From: Octopus sinensis
Taxonomy: Eukaryota
NCBI RefSeq assembly: GCF_006345805.1
Contig: NC_043011.1
Span: 66,104,464 to 66,168,463, forward strand
Length of the DNA: 64,000 nt
Direction of reading: 5' to 3'
Below the pieces are notes generated by a model. It saw only the letters and a list, made by a program, of their open reading frames with translations. It searched no databases and was not told the origin of the DNA. Shown here piece after piece: positions 1 through 12,837 of this stretch (position 1 is its first letter; each line of letters begins with the position of its first letter). Position numbers and translations under genes: made by a program.

Positions 1-423
1 AAGTTACAGGGGTAAAAGTTTCGCAGGCGTGTAGTTTGGTATATCTCCGCGTTGCATCAAAATCAATTTACAAGGAAACAATCGCATATATTCAGAGTGT
101 ATAGTCAATATTAATGTTCATTTGAAGGGAATGAACTACGAATTTATTCTACACGTAGTCATTGACCCACATACTACAGAACAGTACAACATGCCCGGCA
201 GAACCCGGTATATGCCGTAGGTTATTATTTATATTAAGCACCTGAGGTGACACAGGATGAAACTCTTTGCGCAACACAACTAAATGCACAATATACTACC
301 CGTACGGAAGCGTTGCAAGTGAAGGATGGATCCAAGCAATCGACAAGCTGAATAGAGATTCGTACCAAATCCATTCTGAGATTCACTCGTGAATTCAATA
401 TACACATATGCATGCATACATAC

Positions 424-523
<100 letters not shown>

Positions 524-607
524 TTAGAGACAAAACCACTATTTTGCAAAACAAACAAGGAAAGACTTAATCAATACATAAAATTTTAATAAATAGTCAA
601 AAAACCG

Positions 608-650
608 CCACTACAATTGTTTCTTGTCTTGATCGACAATCTTCAGGTGG
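608..650 (-). ncRNA. Minimal type-I hammerhead ribozyme, family F1
   Basis: Minus strand reads CCAC-CTGAAGA-TTGTC(gatcaa)GACAA-GAAA-CAATTG-TA-GTGG: stem I 4 bp, complete core, stem II 5 bp, palindromic stem III ACAATTGT, GUA cleavage triplet. Confidence 0.85.
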
Positions 651-1084
651 ACTTCCAATCTAAAATATCAATATTTTAAAATATAAAAATAATAATTTTA
701 AAATAATTAAAGTATGAATGAAAAAATATAAATATATAATCCATATATAACCTATATAATCCATATATAATCAATATATAAACAATATAAAACTATATAA
801 ACTAAAATAAACCTATCAACAATTAAATATAAATAAAATATAAAATATAAAATATAAAACAAACAAAAATAATAATAATATAATAATAAACTATATATAC
901 CCCCATACACATATACCTAATTATATATAACATATCTAACTACATACACTAAATCACACACCTATATATATATCCCTATACATACACATAAAAACGTCTA
1001 GGCAACTATAAATAAATAAAATAGCTAAATACTTCAACACAATACTTATTCATACTCCCCCACACACACACATACAACCCACAT

Positions 1085-2170
1085 TCACGCTCTAGAAAAC
1101 GGACATCACTTAAAATTATGAACGGAGAAATGGAATAAATGGAATTAAAAATTATATTCACTTGGTAAAACGAACACTACTTAAAAATTATGAATGAACA
1201 ATGCAATAAAACAACAGACATCGCAAATAGACACAAATTACTACGAATTCCCTAACAAACCTACCATGATAAACCAAAACTCATAAAAACATATAATGAT
1301 AAAATCTCCCTTTACTAAACTCTATAACATACCTATATAGCAATCCCCCTAACCTAAACATTCACACACAAATACACACACGTAAACCCACACCCCACGA
1401 CATATACAAATACCCACACCACTTACACATACCTATACATATATAACCTCAACATATACTCCAAAAACCCACTCAACCCCACACAGACAAATAAACACAA
1501 CAATTATGAATGGATTCTTTTATAAAACTACCATGATAAGCTAAAACTCACAAAACATAAATGATAAAACCTCCCTTTACTAAACACTATAACATACTTA
1601 TATAGCAATCCCTTTAACCTATACATTCACACACAAATACACACACGTAAACCACACACCCATAACAAATACAAACACACCCCCCCTCACACACACCCAC
1701 AAGTACATATAAGCCTCAACATATACACCAACAAAATTACTTTACCAAGGAACTTAACATATGTATAAAAAGTATAACCGCTCTGGAAACGAACATCTTT
1801 TAAAATAATGAATGGAGAAATGGAATAAATGGAATTAAAAATAATATTCACGTGGCAAAACGAACACCACTCAAAAATTATGAATGAAACAATGTAATAA
1901 AACAACCAACATCGAAAATAGACAAATTACCACGAATTCCCTAAAAAACCATGATAAACCAAAACTCTTAAAAACATATAACGATAAAAATCTCCCTTTG
2001 CTAAACTCTATAACAAACCTATATAGCAATCCCCCTGACCTAAACATTCACACACAAATACACACACGTAAACCACAGACCCACGACTTATACACATACC
2101 TATACTAACTTATAAACCTCAATATACACCAAAACCCCACTCCCTCCCCGCACAGACAAATTAACACATA
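1085..2170. repeat. Internal diverged tandem repeats in the palindrome arm (~690-bp period; a ~230-bp core three times at ~1261, ~1528, ~1950); mirrored in the right arm
   Basis: Repeated blocks such as ATGAA(C/T)GGAGAAATGGAATAAATGGAATT and CATTCACACACAAATACACACACGTAAACC; strongly A/C-rich on the + strand. Confidence 0.8.
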
Positions 2171-4286
2171 CATCCCAAAACCTAAATAACAAACCCATAT
2201 ACACATTCACACACAAACACACACACACGCAAAACACACACACACAACAGATACATATACTCCCTCACATATACGCATATACATACTCACTAAACTCGAT
2301 ATATACAACAATATTTACACACCCACACTCATACAGATAAATAAATTATACAACTAAAAACTCACACACAATCTCATATACATAAACACTCCTATGAAAA
2401 ACAACATTAAATACATCGTAATTAACCAGAATATCAGAAATATCAAAAATAACAATATGACATAAGGAGAAATATTGTTATTTTTGATATTCTGGTTAAT
2501 TACGATGTATTTAATGTTGTTTTTCATAGGAGTGTTTATGTATATGAGATTGTGTGTGAGTTTTTAGTTGTATAAGTTATTTATCTGTATGAGTGTGGGT
2601 GTGTAAATATTGTTGTATATATCGAGTTTAGTGAGTATGTATATGCGTATATGTGAGGGAGTATATGTATCTGTTGTGTGTGTGTGTTTTGCGTGTGTGT
2701 GTGTTTGTGTGTGAATGTGTATATGGGTTTGTTATTTAGGTTTTGGGATGTATGTGTTAATTTGTCTGTGCGGGGAGGGAGTGGGTTTTTGGTGTATATT
2801 GAGGTTTATAAGTTAGTATAGGTATGTGTATAAGTCGTGGGTCTGTGGTTTACGTGTGTGTATTTGTGTGTGAATGTTTAGGTTAGGGGGATTGCTATAT
2901 AGGTTTGTTATAGAGTTTAGCAAAGGGAGATTTTATCGTTATATGCTTTTAAGAGTTTTGGTTTATCATGGTTTTTTTAGGGAATTCGTGGTAATTTGTC
3001 TATTTTCGATGTTGGTTGTTTTATTACATTGTTTCATTCATAATTTTTGAGTGGTGTTCGTTTTGCCACGTGAATATTATTTTTAATTCCATTTATTCCA
3101 TTTCTCCATTCATTATTTTAAAAGATGTTCGTTTCCAGAGCGGTTATACTTTTTATACATATGTTAAGTTCCTTGGTAAAGTAATTTTGATTGGTGTATA
3201 TGTTGAGGCTTATATGTACTTGTGGGTGTGTGTGAGTGGGGTGTGTGTTTGTATTTGTTATGGGTGTGTGGTTTACGTGTGTGTATTTGTGTGTGAATGT
3301 ATAGGTTAAAGGGATTGCTATATAAGTACGTTATAGTGTTTAGTAAAGGGAGGTTTTATCATTTATGTTTTGTGAGTTTTAGCTTATCATGGTAGTTTTA
3401 TAAAAGAATCCATTCATAATTTTTGTGTTTATTTGTCTGTGTGGGGTTGAGTGGGTTTTTGGAGTATATGTTGAGGTTTATATGTATGTATAGGTATGTG
3501 TAAGTGGTGTGGGTATTTGTATATGTCGTGGGTGTGTGGTTTACGTGTGTGTATTTGTGTGTGAATGTTTAGGTTAGGGGGATTGCTATATAGGTATGTT
3601 ATAGAGTTTAGTAAGGGAGATTTTATCATTATATGTTTTTATGAGTTTTGGTTTATCATGGTAGGTTTGTTAGGGACTTCGTAGTAATTTGTGTCTATTT
3701 GCGATGTCTGTTGTTTTATTGCATTGTTTCATTCATAATTTTTAAGTAGTGTTCGTTTTACCAAGTGAATATTATTTTTAATTCCATTTATTCCATTTCA
3801 CCGTTCATAATTTTAAGTGATGTCCGTTTTCTAGAGCGTGAATGTGGGTTGTATGTGTGTGTGTGTGGGAGTATGAATAAGTATTGTGTTGAAGTATTTT
3901 GCTATTTTATTTATTTATAGTTGCCTAGACGTTTTTATGTGTATGTATAGGGATATATATATAGGTGTGTGATTTAGTGTATGTAGTTAGATATGGTTAT
4001 ATATAATTAGGTATATGTGTATGGGTGTATATATAGTTTATTATTATATTATTATTATTTTTTTGTTTTGTTTTATATTTTATATTTTATATTTTATATT
4101 TTATATTTAATTGTTGATAGGTTTATTTTAGTTTATATTAGTTTATATATTGTTTATATATTGATTATATATGGATTATATATAGGTTATATATGGATTA
4201 TATATTTATATTTTTTCATTCATACTTTAATTATTTTAAAATTATTATTTTTATATTTTAAAATATTGATATTTTAGATTGGAAGT

Positions 4287-4329
4287 CCACCTGAAGATTG
4301 TCGATCAAGACAAGAAACAATTGTAGTGG
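4287..4329 (+). ncRNA. Minimal type-I hammerhead ribozyme, family F1
   Basis: CCAC 4287-90, CTGAAGA 4291-97, TTGTC/GACAA stem II, GAAA 4314-17, CAATTG, TA (cut after 4325), GTGG 4326-29. Confidence 0.85.
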
Positions 4330-4524
4330 CGGTTTTTTTGACTATTTATTAAAATTTTATGTATTGATTAAGTCTTTCCTTGTTTGTTTTGCAAAATAGT
4401 GGTTTTGTCTCTAATAATATTTTATAATATTTTACTATAAAATTGCATTTAATCCTAAATCTGATTTTTTTTCCCTGTAAATTTGGATTTATTCCCTAAT
4501 ATTTATTATTTATGTATATATATA

Positions 4525-4562
<38 letters not shown>

Positions 4563-6058
4563 CTCCTGCCTAGTTAGTCTGACTTCATCCTATTATATCT
4601 GTTGTGACTTTATGTATGTCTCCCTTTCCTCAATCATGTACCCCCTACAAACTATAAAATCATATATAAAATAACACATATAACATTATAACTCTTCCGT
4701 CTGAATATCTTTAACTGCCCTCAATATTACCATAGATATCACCTCCACTTTTTGGGTTACCTTTATCTTTTAGATACCTCTAATTTTAAACCCCCGTCTC
4801 TCTGTATGTAGGTTATATGTATTTCTTGTTATTTTCTATCAATTCTTATTATTTCGTTTTTTTTCTTATTTTCATGTCCTGTTTTCCTTGTTTTTAAATA
4901 GATACTCTTCAGGTACTTTAGTAAACGCTTGCTATTTATAATATATCCATACAAACATATTAATATAGCGTCTATATCTTTCCAGTTATTCCATAAGAAA
5001 ATGCATTGAGCCGTTTCCATAGAAACCACATCATAAATACGTAAATACAGAAGTGAATATTAAACTAATTCTATGCAGTCTTAATTTTTAATGTTTATAA
5101 GTGATATATACACACATTCTACCTGTTTTTGGTTATGAAATCATGCTTGAAATTCTTAAATTAATTTTTATACAGCATTGTTTATAAAGAATCCCCCATA
5201 ATGCCCCTAAATATAATTTCCTCTGTATTAATATCTTAGGTTTCTTAGCATCTCGCCCCTTTGACAGGAAACTATCACAACGATTTAAAGTGTTCGCCTA
5301 TCCTGCATCTTTTTATAGACACTTATTTATATCCAACTGACTACTCGTAATGCCTGATTTCCTTCCTGGGGAAAAAGGGGTACTTATGATAATATATTTA
5401 TAACTATACCTAGCCAAGAGATGTCAACCCACTCTTGTCCGATATTCAAGATAGACACAGTCTATTATAATCCCTATTATCCCACTATGATCCCACTATG
5501 GATTATTAGGAGTTGTAATCTACTGTTAATTCTAATAGTGACAACATGAATTCATTCTATCTTTTTCCAGTTAAAATATTAGAGAAAATTATATTAATGT
5601 TCTACTTGTTAAAATTCCGTTTATTTTTTAATGCACCGTATTGAAATTGATGTAATAAGTGCATTGTTCAATTAAATGGAGCCGCTTGGAACGGTCGTAG
5701 TGCATCACTATGGGATATTCTGTTGCTCATTGTGAATTTTGATTATATATACACATAGCATTAGGAATATGCAACCTTTGAAACATATGTCGAAAATAAA
5801 GGAATATTGTTAATTCGTTGTTCAACTCCATTCTTTCATATCTATATATATATATATTTAAATAGGTGAATGAATTATCCTATGTTTATCGTCAGCATGG
5901 AAAATTCGTTTAACCGAAACCTAGGTAGCAATTTCACGTCAGAAACACGGTTGAAGCGACCAGTCCAAGGGTAGAACCTCCGGGTTCATGTGCAGAAATG
6001 TGTGTGTTGTATATGAATAACTGAAAGAATGGAGTCGAAAGAAGATGTTAACTGAATT

Positions 6059-6151
6059 CCGTTACTCTCGACATATGTTTCGAAGACAACATGTTCTCAT
6101 TCCAAAGGAATAAAGGGTGCATTATGCAATCTTCTCATCAGGAAAGAAAGG
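6059..6151 (-). ncRNA. Type-I hammerhead, family F2 (long branched stem II), intact core
   Basis: Minus strand reads CCTTTCTTTC-CTGATGA-GAAGA...TCTTC-GAAA-CATATG-TC-GAGAG(t)AACGG. Confidence 0.8.
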
Positions 6152-6226
6152 GACCCTCTCTCGACAACAAGACAAACAAACATTTCGATGACTGTCTACA
6201 TGGTAAATATGTTGTCGAGAGAGGTT

Positions 6227-6320
6227 CCCTTTCTTTCCTGATGAGAATATTGCATAATGCACCCTTTATTCCTTTGGAATGAAAACATGTTGTCGTCGAA
6301 GCCTATGTCGAGAGTAAAGG
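6227..6320 (+). ncRNA. Degenerate F2 hammerhead copy (probably inactive)
   Basis: CTGATGA is kept, but GAAA has become GAAG, stem III CATATG has become CCTATG, and stem II has mismatches. Confidence 0.6.
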
Positions 6321-6363
6321 AATTTATTTAACATCTTCGTTCGACTGCATTCTTTCATTTATT

Positions 6364-6415
<52 letters not shown>

Positions 6416-6753
6416 ACATACGTATAAGAGGGATGAGCTGTAAGTGGACACCCATTATGCTAGAAGAAGATACGCTATAGTTTTACAACTAAGGAATCTT
6501 CTCAAGAAAATTGAGCAAACGCCAGAACGTAAGCGTTTGCTAAACTTTCTTGAGAAAATTCCCTTGTGAGTTGTAAGACCATAGCCTATCTTCTCCAAGC
6601 ATAATGGATGTCCACTTACAGGTAATCCCTCTTATATGTATGTAATATTTTTTTTCTGAAACTTCAGATGTTTCAATATACTAGAACACTGGATTTAAAT
6701 TCATATTAATCAAATTAATATTCAATATTTCACCCTTATTTTAAATTTATACT

Positions 6754-6825
<72 letters not shown>

Positions 6826-6826
6826 C

Positions 6827-6873
<47 letters not shown>

Positions 6874-6936
6874 GAGAGAGAGAATTTGATAGATAGATAA
6901 CAGAAAGAGAGAGAGGGAAATTAGTCATTATGTGTG

Positions 6937-6968
<32 letters not shown>

Positions 6969-7399
6969 AATTATTATTTGAGGGTATATATATATATATA
7001 ATATTTATATATATTATATATATATATGTGTGTGTGTGTATGTATGCACTAGGAGATTTTAGAATATTTTTATTAAAATATTTAACGCTTTAAACAGTTT
7101 CACGGTTCACACTGATTTTCATAAAAGCTTAGATCGCAGCTGTCTTTCTTTTCGTGTTTGATGCGTCCCCTTTTTATAGGGAGTCCGTGGCGCAAATAAG
7201 AGAGCAAGAGTTATCCGACCAGGGAAGAGAAATACGAGTAATATGTTGTTTACTAGTCATGGAAATGGACGTGATAAAAAGACAAGTAGAAACAGAAATA
7301 ATACTTTACCAAAGAATAACATATCGGTGAGGACAGTGAACTGATTGACGGCAGAGATGACATACTGCAAAGTGTAAATGTATATGCATTCTCAGCAAA

Positions 7400-8350
7400 T
7401 GCAGCAGAATTAATTGGAGGAGCTATATCTCAAGAAAACGATGATTACCAACCAGAAATAGTGAGGAGTCTGTGCCGATGTATTCGAGAAGCCAAGAAGT
7501 AAACTCCCTTGAAACTGACATATATTGTTCGACATTCATTTATCGCCGCAAGCTCAAAGCTAAAACGGCAAAGATACATAAAGTCCTCGGGAGAAATATA
7601 CGTGAAACTAACAAGATTATTTGGCTGCAGCTATGGTTGCTGCGGAGAGAGGTTGATAGAAAAAAAGGAAAATAAACAGAAAGTAAAGCACCATCCTGCC
7701 GTAAACGATTTTGTGAGAAATAAACAAAGTTAACAAGTCTTTTAGAAGAAGTTAATAGATTAAGATGACGGAGATTGAGGAAGAAAAGCACGAGGATAAT
7801 GCAGGAGAGAAGATATAGATTAAGGTATATTGGGTAGGATATGATATTGGAAGAATTGAAACAAAGAGTGGTATCAATCAAAGCAAACCTGGGACGATAT
7901 GTCAATAGAAAACCATAATTCAGGCGAAACAGATGGTTTGAAGCAAATCAGAAGAAACTCTTTCATGAAAGAGATGGATAATTACACGTAGCAATGGAAA
8001 CAGATGCCGAGGAAAGCAGGATAGATTCCAAGGTTTTCGGATGAAAATGCTGAGAGAGATCCATGGAAGGATAGCTCAACAGAAAGATGTGTATTGGGAG
8101 GAAGGTGTAGTGCCAAGCTGGATTACAAAGGTAACCGAGCGTCCTATGGCAAATGAAGGATAAGAGATGTCATAGCATGACTGAAAGCTTAGGAAGCTCC
8201 TAAAAATATTTGTCTCATTGTGACAGTAAGGATTATCAGGTGGGTTCAAATCACGTGAAAAACATGTGGAAACTTGTGGGACCTGGTAGTACCCACGTGG
8301 AAACTTAATAAGAATAAGACCGAAGTTAAGACAGACCAAAATAATAATAA
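7400..8350 (+). mobile_element. Highly decayed fragment of an R4/Dong-type retrotransposon N-terminal region
   Basis: Frame at ~7850-7970 reads EELKQRVVSIKANLGRYVNRKP*FRRNRWFEANQKKLFHE, which aligns with ETLKQKVQAKAQRIRRFEKRNKFYKQNKLFTSNAKKFYRE of the element at 54.5-58.8 kb. Confidence 0.5.
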
Positions 8351-9659
8351 TCATAATTTCAATGGCGTTGGGCCAGGTTGTAACGACGGAGAGCAGCAAG
8401 GAATGGGAGCATCAGTTGTTATTTTTTAGTTGTTTTATTTTGTTCTTCTGGAGAGACTAACTAGCGAGAATGAGGCATTAGTGAGTTAATGCTGTATTCT
8501 TAATAATCAATGTAGAAAATAGTAATGCTTGAGTTGCAGAATAAGCCGCAATCCCATCAAACTTTCCTATTGAGAAGAGGGAAGAAAGGCAAGCAGGTCC
8601 CACTGAAGGGAAGATGTACTCATGTGAGTTAACAACCATGTAACAGGAGTGTGAGGATAGATGTGGAATCTCTTATCCTTGAACTGAAATCTACCTAATG
8701 ATGAATCCCGTTAGATATATTGTTCAAACTTATAAATGCAAACTCACAATGAGATTAAATATAATCAAGTTATCCCTGCAATAACGAGAGGAGGGCAGTA
8801 CAAATAGAGTTGCAGTGATTGACATTTCTCTAATGAAAGGTACATCACCTATCTGGTGACATCGGCTAAACCTTCAAATATTCAAACTACTTTTATCACT
8901 AGATGTAGTAAAATGCTTTCCTGGGATAAAAGAAACAAGGTACACAAAAACAATGGCACAGAAACTTAACAGAATCTGGAGCGAGTATGTAATACTACGG
9001 GAGAACATTGGAGGCAAACAAACTCTCTGAGTCAGAGAAACATATAACTTGGCAATTTAGATGTTATACATTCTCGTTTCAACATCTCGGGTGCAGATAG
9101 AGTTTCACAGTGTTAAAACTTAAGGAACTGCAAAGATACCGAAAATTTCCCTAGTGGTATGTGTATGCAGTGACCAAGAAGGATTTCTGCAAAACTTCGG
9201 TAATGTGGGCTTTATCAGATTGGAATCAAATTCCGACCCTTTGGCCCTTAAGTACACACATATGAAAATTGAAGGCCACGAATTTTAATATATTTCCATG
9301 TAAATTCCCTCCAATCTTTTCATTTGATTTAAAACACCTAGGAACCTACATAAATAAATTGTGTATAAAATGGAAAGGTAAATGCGTACGTTAAACTCTG
9401 CAGTTCTACAAGATCCGTGAACATAGCATAACACTAAATACGTGAGTGATATTATGCTTCATTCATTTGAAATTTCAGTGACATTAACATATCTGAATCG
9501 CAGTAAGTACTTTCGAATCCGTGTCGATCGGAAAATGGATTCATGGAAATTGTAGATAAAGTTATGAATAAAAAATATGTGTGTGTGGGCGTGTGTATCT
9601 GTATGAGCGTGCGTATTTGTGCATTTTAGGAGCGGTACCTACGCAGCATATCTGCAGAA

Positions 9660-10200
9660 GTGGAAATTAAAATGTTCTCAACTTCAAATTCCTAACATAC
9701 CTACGTTGGGAAACTCAAGCACCTATAATAATATTTCTTCAAATTCCTAACCATTGCAAACAAATGTGTGTCCGTCAGGATAGACTATTACATATTATTT
9801 CAACATGTAGAATATGCAATTAACAACGTTACAAAATTGCATCGTGCAACAAAACGCAACGGATTATAAAACAACAGCATATCTACGAATCCCTTATATT
9901 CTGAGCTTCAAAGGGAAGAAAAGAAAACCAAGATAATTATATCTACATTTCTATTATTTAGTGAGTTGTTTACGATTATTTTCTTATTCTTACTTAACAT
10001 ATCAAAGCATTCAATTAGTTTTGCTGTTTACAAATACATCGAAATACAATTCTAGCTTTATAATATTTTATTATTTATTTTCAAGTCGACATTTCTCCCT
10101 TACAATTTCTTCTCGTATGACTTAAATTAATTTTTCCTTGAAATGCTTGCTGGAAATGTGAAGTTTGGTTGCGTATTATTTGCATATCTCTGTATATGTT
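9660..10200 (+). pseudogene. Decayed coding-like paralog A (family unidentified)
   Basis: NIPTLG..NVCPSG, YYILFQHVEYAINNV, then a hydrophobic stretch and FLEMLA; DNA similarity to 12040-12480. Confidence 0.45.
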
Positions 10201-11119
10201 CACTCAAATGAATTTGTGTGTATTGTAGTAAACGGTTCCATTCCTTATGTAGTGTGGTTTGCCGACTAAGTGCCAGTACATAAGCAATTATTTGAGTGAA
10301 CGCATGGAGAGGTCTCCAGGTAAAATCCAACTAAACTTCACAATTTTCCTCATGTATAAGTGCAAAGAAGCATTTTCTATACAAGAATGTTTAAATAATA
10401 TATAATAAAATATATATTTTCATGGAAAAAGTAAAAAATAAAAACATATTTATGGAAAAATACAGAAAAATATGAACGCATAAACAACTTTGGTCTCAGA
10501 AGATATTTTAATTCATGTTTACATGCACGTCTCTGTAAATATTTCATCTCACTAATTTATCTTTTGAGATTTTGTATACTTGTTTACCCACGCCCCCCAA
10601 AATAAGCAGTTACCTACCCTGTCCCGAATGATAATGTTCACCAATGACTATCCCTTACAGTTTTCAACTTCTTGATTCATTTCATTCACAAACTTCCATA
10701 CACAACGTGAACTAAAATCTACTTAAGAAAATACGAAATTACAACAATTTCAATGCCATTATTAGCGAAAGCGAAACCGGTTCAAACACACAATAATATT
10801 TTGCTTATAAAATGTATTAAAATACATATTAACACTATGTAAACTGTGTGTGCATTTTCCTTCTTTTATTTTGTTTATGTGTATATACGTATATATATAA
10901 ATATATATATATGAATATATATATATACATGCATATATACACATATACACATATACATATGTATATACGTACATATGCTTATCTATTTCTCTACATATAT
11001 ATATATATATGTGTGTGTGAGTGTGTATTCGAGTATTTTATGTTCATTTGCCGAAATATTTAGGATACCTGTGTAAGTTGAAATATAGTTATTTGCAGGC
11101 CAGCCTAAGCAAGATCTTA

Positions 11120-11520
11120 TTAAGTAATAATGAAACTTGAGACCTATTTTCGACGTTCCAAAACACTTTAGCTTCCCATTCAATTTAGGATTTAATGCAG
11201 TGGAAAATGTCACACGTTTAAGCTGAGCCAAAATTTAAGACCCAAGCTCGGGGTAGACATCATTTACAGGCAAATGTAATTTTCTATGATATTCAATGTT
11301 AAAGAAAATATTATATTCCATGATCCCGTTCGCAAAGGAAATTGAATAAATTCTGTGATATCATGAATCTTGTAAGCAGGGATGGCCCTCTCAAATAGGC
11401 GGGAACTACTGTCAAACCGATTTTGTCCATCGGATTATGAACATTATCAGGGGCCTGACTCTCATTGCCACTATGCATTAACGTATTCCTACATCGAATA
11501 TTCAATTACTGCACGTGTAT
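11120..11520 (+). pseudogene. Decayed coding-like paralog B
   Basis: ELLSNRFCPSDYEHYQGPDSHCHYALTYSYIEYSITARV*; DNA and peptide similarity to 16860-17285. Confidence 0.5.
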
Positions 11521-11959
11521 AAAATTCATATTCTCACGAACACACTCTCATTTATATATACATGCAGATACAGGCAGACACATAAATATAAGTGTAAAGA
11601 TGAAAATCTCTATACAGACTCTTAAACGGATCTAAAGAAGATTAGTATAAAAAGAGAAAACTGTGTAAAAATAGTTCTATGCTGTAATGTACAATCTAAA
11701 GTTTAACAAATTTTAACCGTCACTGCAAATCGATATCTCAAGATTTTGAACTGGAATTGTCCTTCAATTTGTCTGCAGGCGGAATACATCTGAACATGCG
11801 AAGGTCGTCGACAAATAGGCATGCTGGTTTCTTGTTATAGGAATCAGCGTCTCCTTGGCATAACTGTAACATTTTATGCAGTACTAATAGCGCTGGAATC
11901 ATTCAGGTTTCTCTTACGTGGATTTATTACAACTTTGATGTCTGAAGTTATACATATGT

Positions 11960-12480
11960 TGGGAAGCACAAACATCTATAAGAATCTTTCTGCCCATTCT
12001 TCATCATTGTAAGTAACTGAGGTTCTGTCACAAAAGGTCATTAAATATTATTTCAACCTATAGAATATGCAGTTAACAACGTCATAAATTTGCGACATCT
12101 GTCATAGAACACTGTTTAAAACAACGGCACAAATAGGACACTGTTATCTACGATTGAGGTATACGATGACCATTGACGCTTTAGAAACACAAACATGAAG
12201 AAACCTTCTGCCTTTTGTTTTCTTCTCTTACTTGGTAGGTTGTTGTCTGTTGATTTTCTTATTACTTAATGTATGTTTTGAATAAAAGTCTTTGTATACA
12301 AGTACATCTAAATGCCATTCTAGCTACATTTTTATTATTAATTACTTACAAGTTGACATATTGAAATATTTCCCTTTCTATTTTCATCCCGTGTGCCTTG
12401 CATTTCTGAGCGTTTCCTTGAAATGGTTGCTTTACTCTCCTCTGCATCACCTGTAACTTTGCTGCATTAATTCCGATTTT
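11960..12480 (+). pseudogene. Decayed coding-like paralog C
   Basis: ESFCPF...ILFQPIEYAVNNV...VYKYI...ERFLEMVA, with stops. Confidence 0.45.
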
Positions 12481-12837
12481 ATTTACATATTCATCAAAAC
12501 TTGACGCTTCGTATCCCAATGCTGCAATAACCCTTGCACTCAGTAAAAGCTTCTTTATCCGCAGTTTGCCATCATCCTTCTTCTGGAATCCATATTATCC
12601 ATCTCCAATGCACTTAATTTTTGCATTCTGTCTCATGCGAAGGAGATGTCAAGAATTTAGGTCCCATTTTTTCTGGCCTTCAAGAAAGCTACGATGACTG
12701 GTCTTATTGCCTCAATCATTTTGTCGCGTGAAATAGTGATGTCAGACTATAGCTTAATTTTTTTAACTATCTAACACCCGTGGTTTCTGTTCACAACATG
12801 TGGCTAACCTGGCAAAACTACAATTCTCAGTTAATAT

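Larger units (their letters stand above)
5861..6365. mobile_element. Solo PLE terminal-repeat remnant (F2 family) arranged as a tails-out inverted repeat
   Basis: 5861-6215 is the reverse complement of ~37460-37780 and overlaps 34700-34895 in the same orientation; 6209-6365 is an inverted copy of ~6015-6165; (TA)n follows. Confidence 0.8.

Noticed and set aside
5890-5945. GAAA-CCTAGG-TA-GCA, resembling the 3' half of a hammerhead with a palindromic stem III
   Set aside because: No CUGANGA or stem II upstream, and the homologous copy near 37715-37740 does not keep the motif.
11780-12030. Minus-strand readings resembling a TIR start (YNDEEWAERFL) or an RT motif (CLFVDDL)
   Set aside because: Short, not supported by neighbouring motifs, and the paralog comparison favours the + strand.
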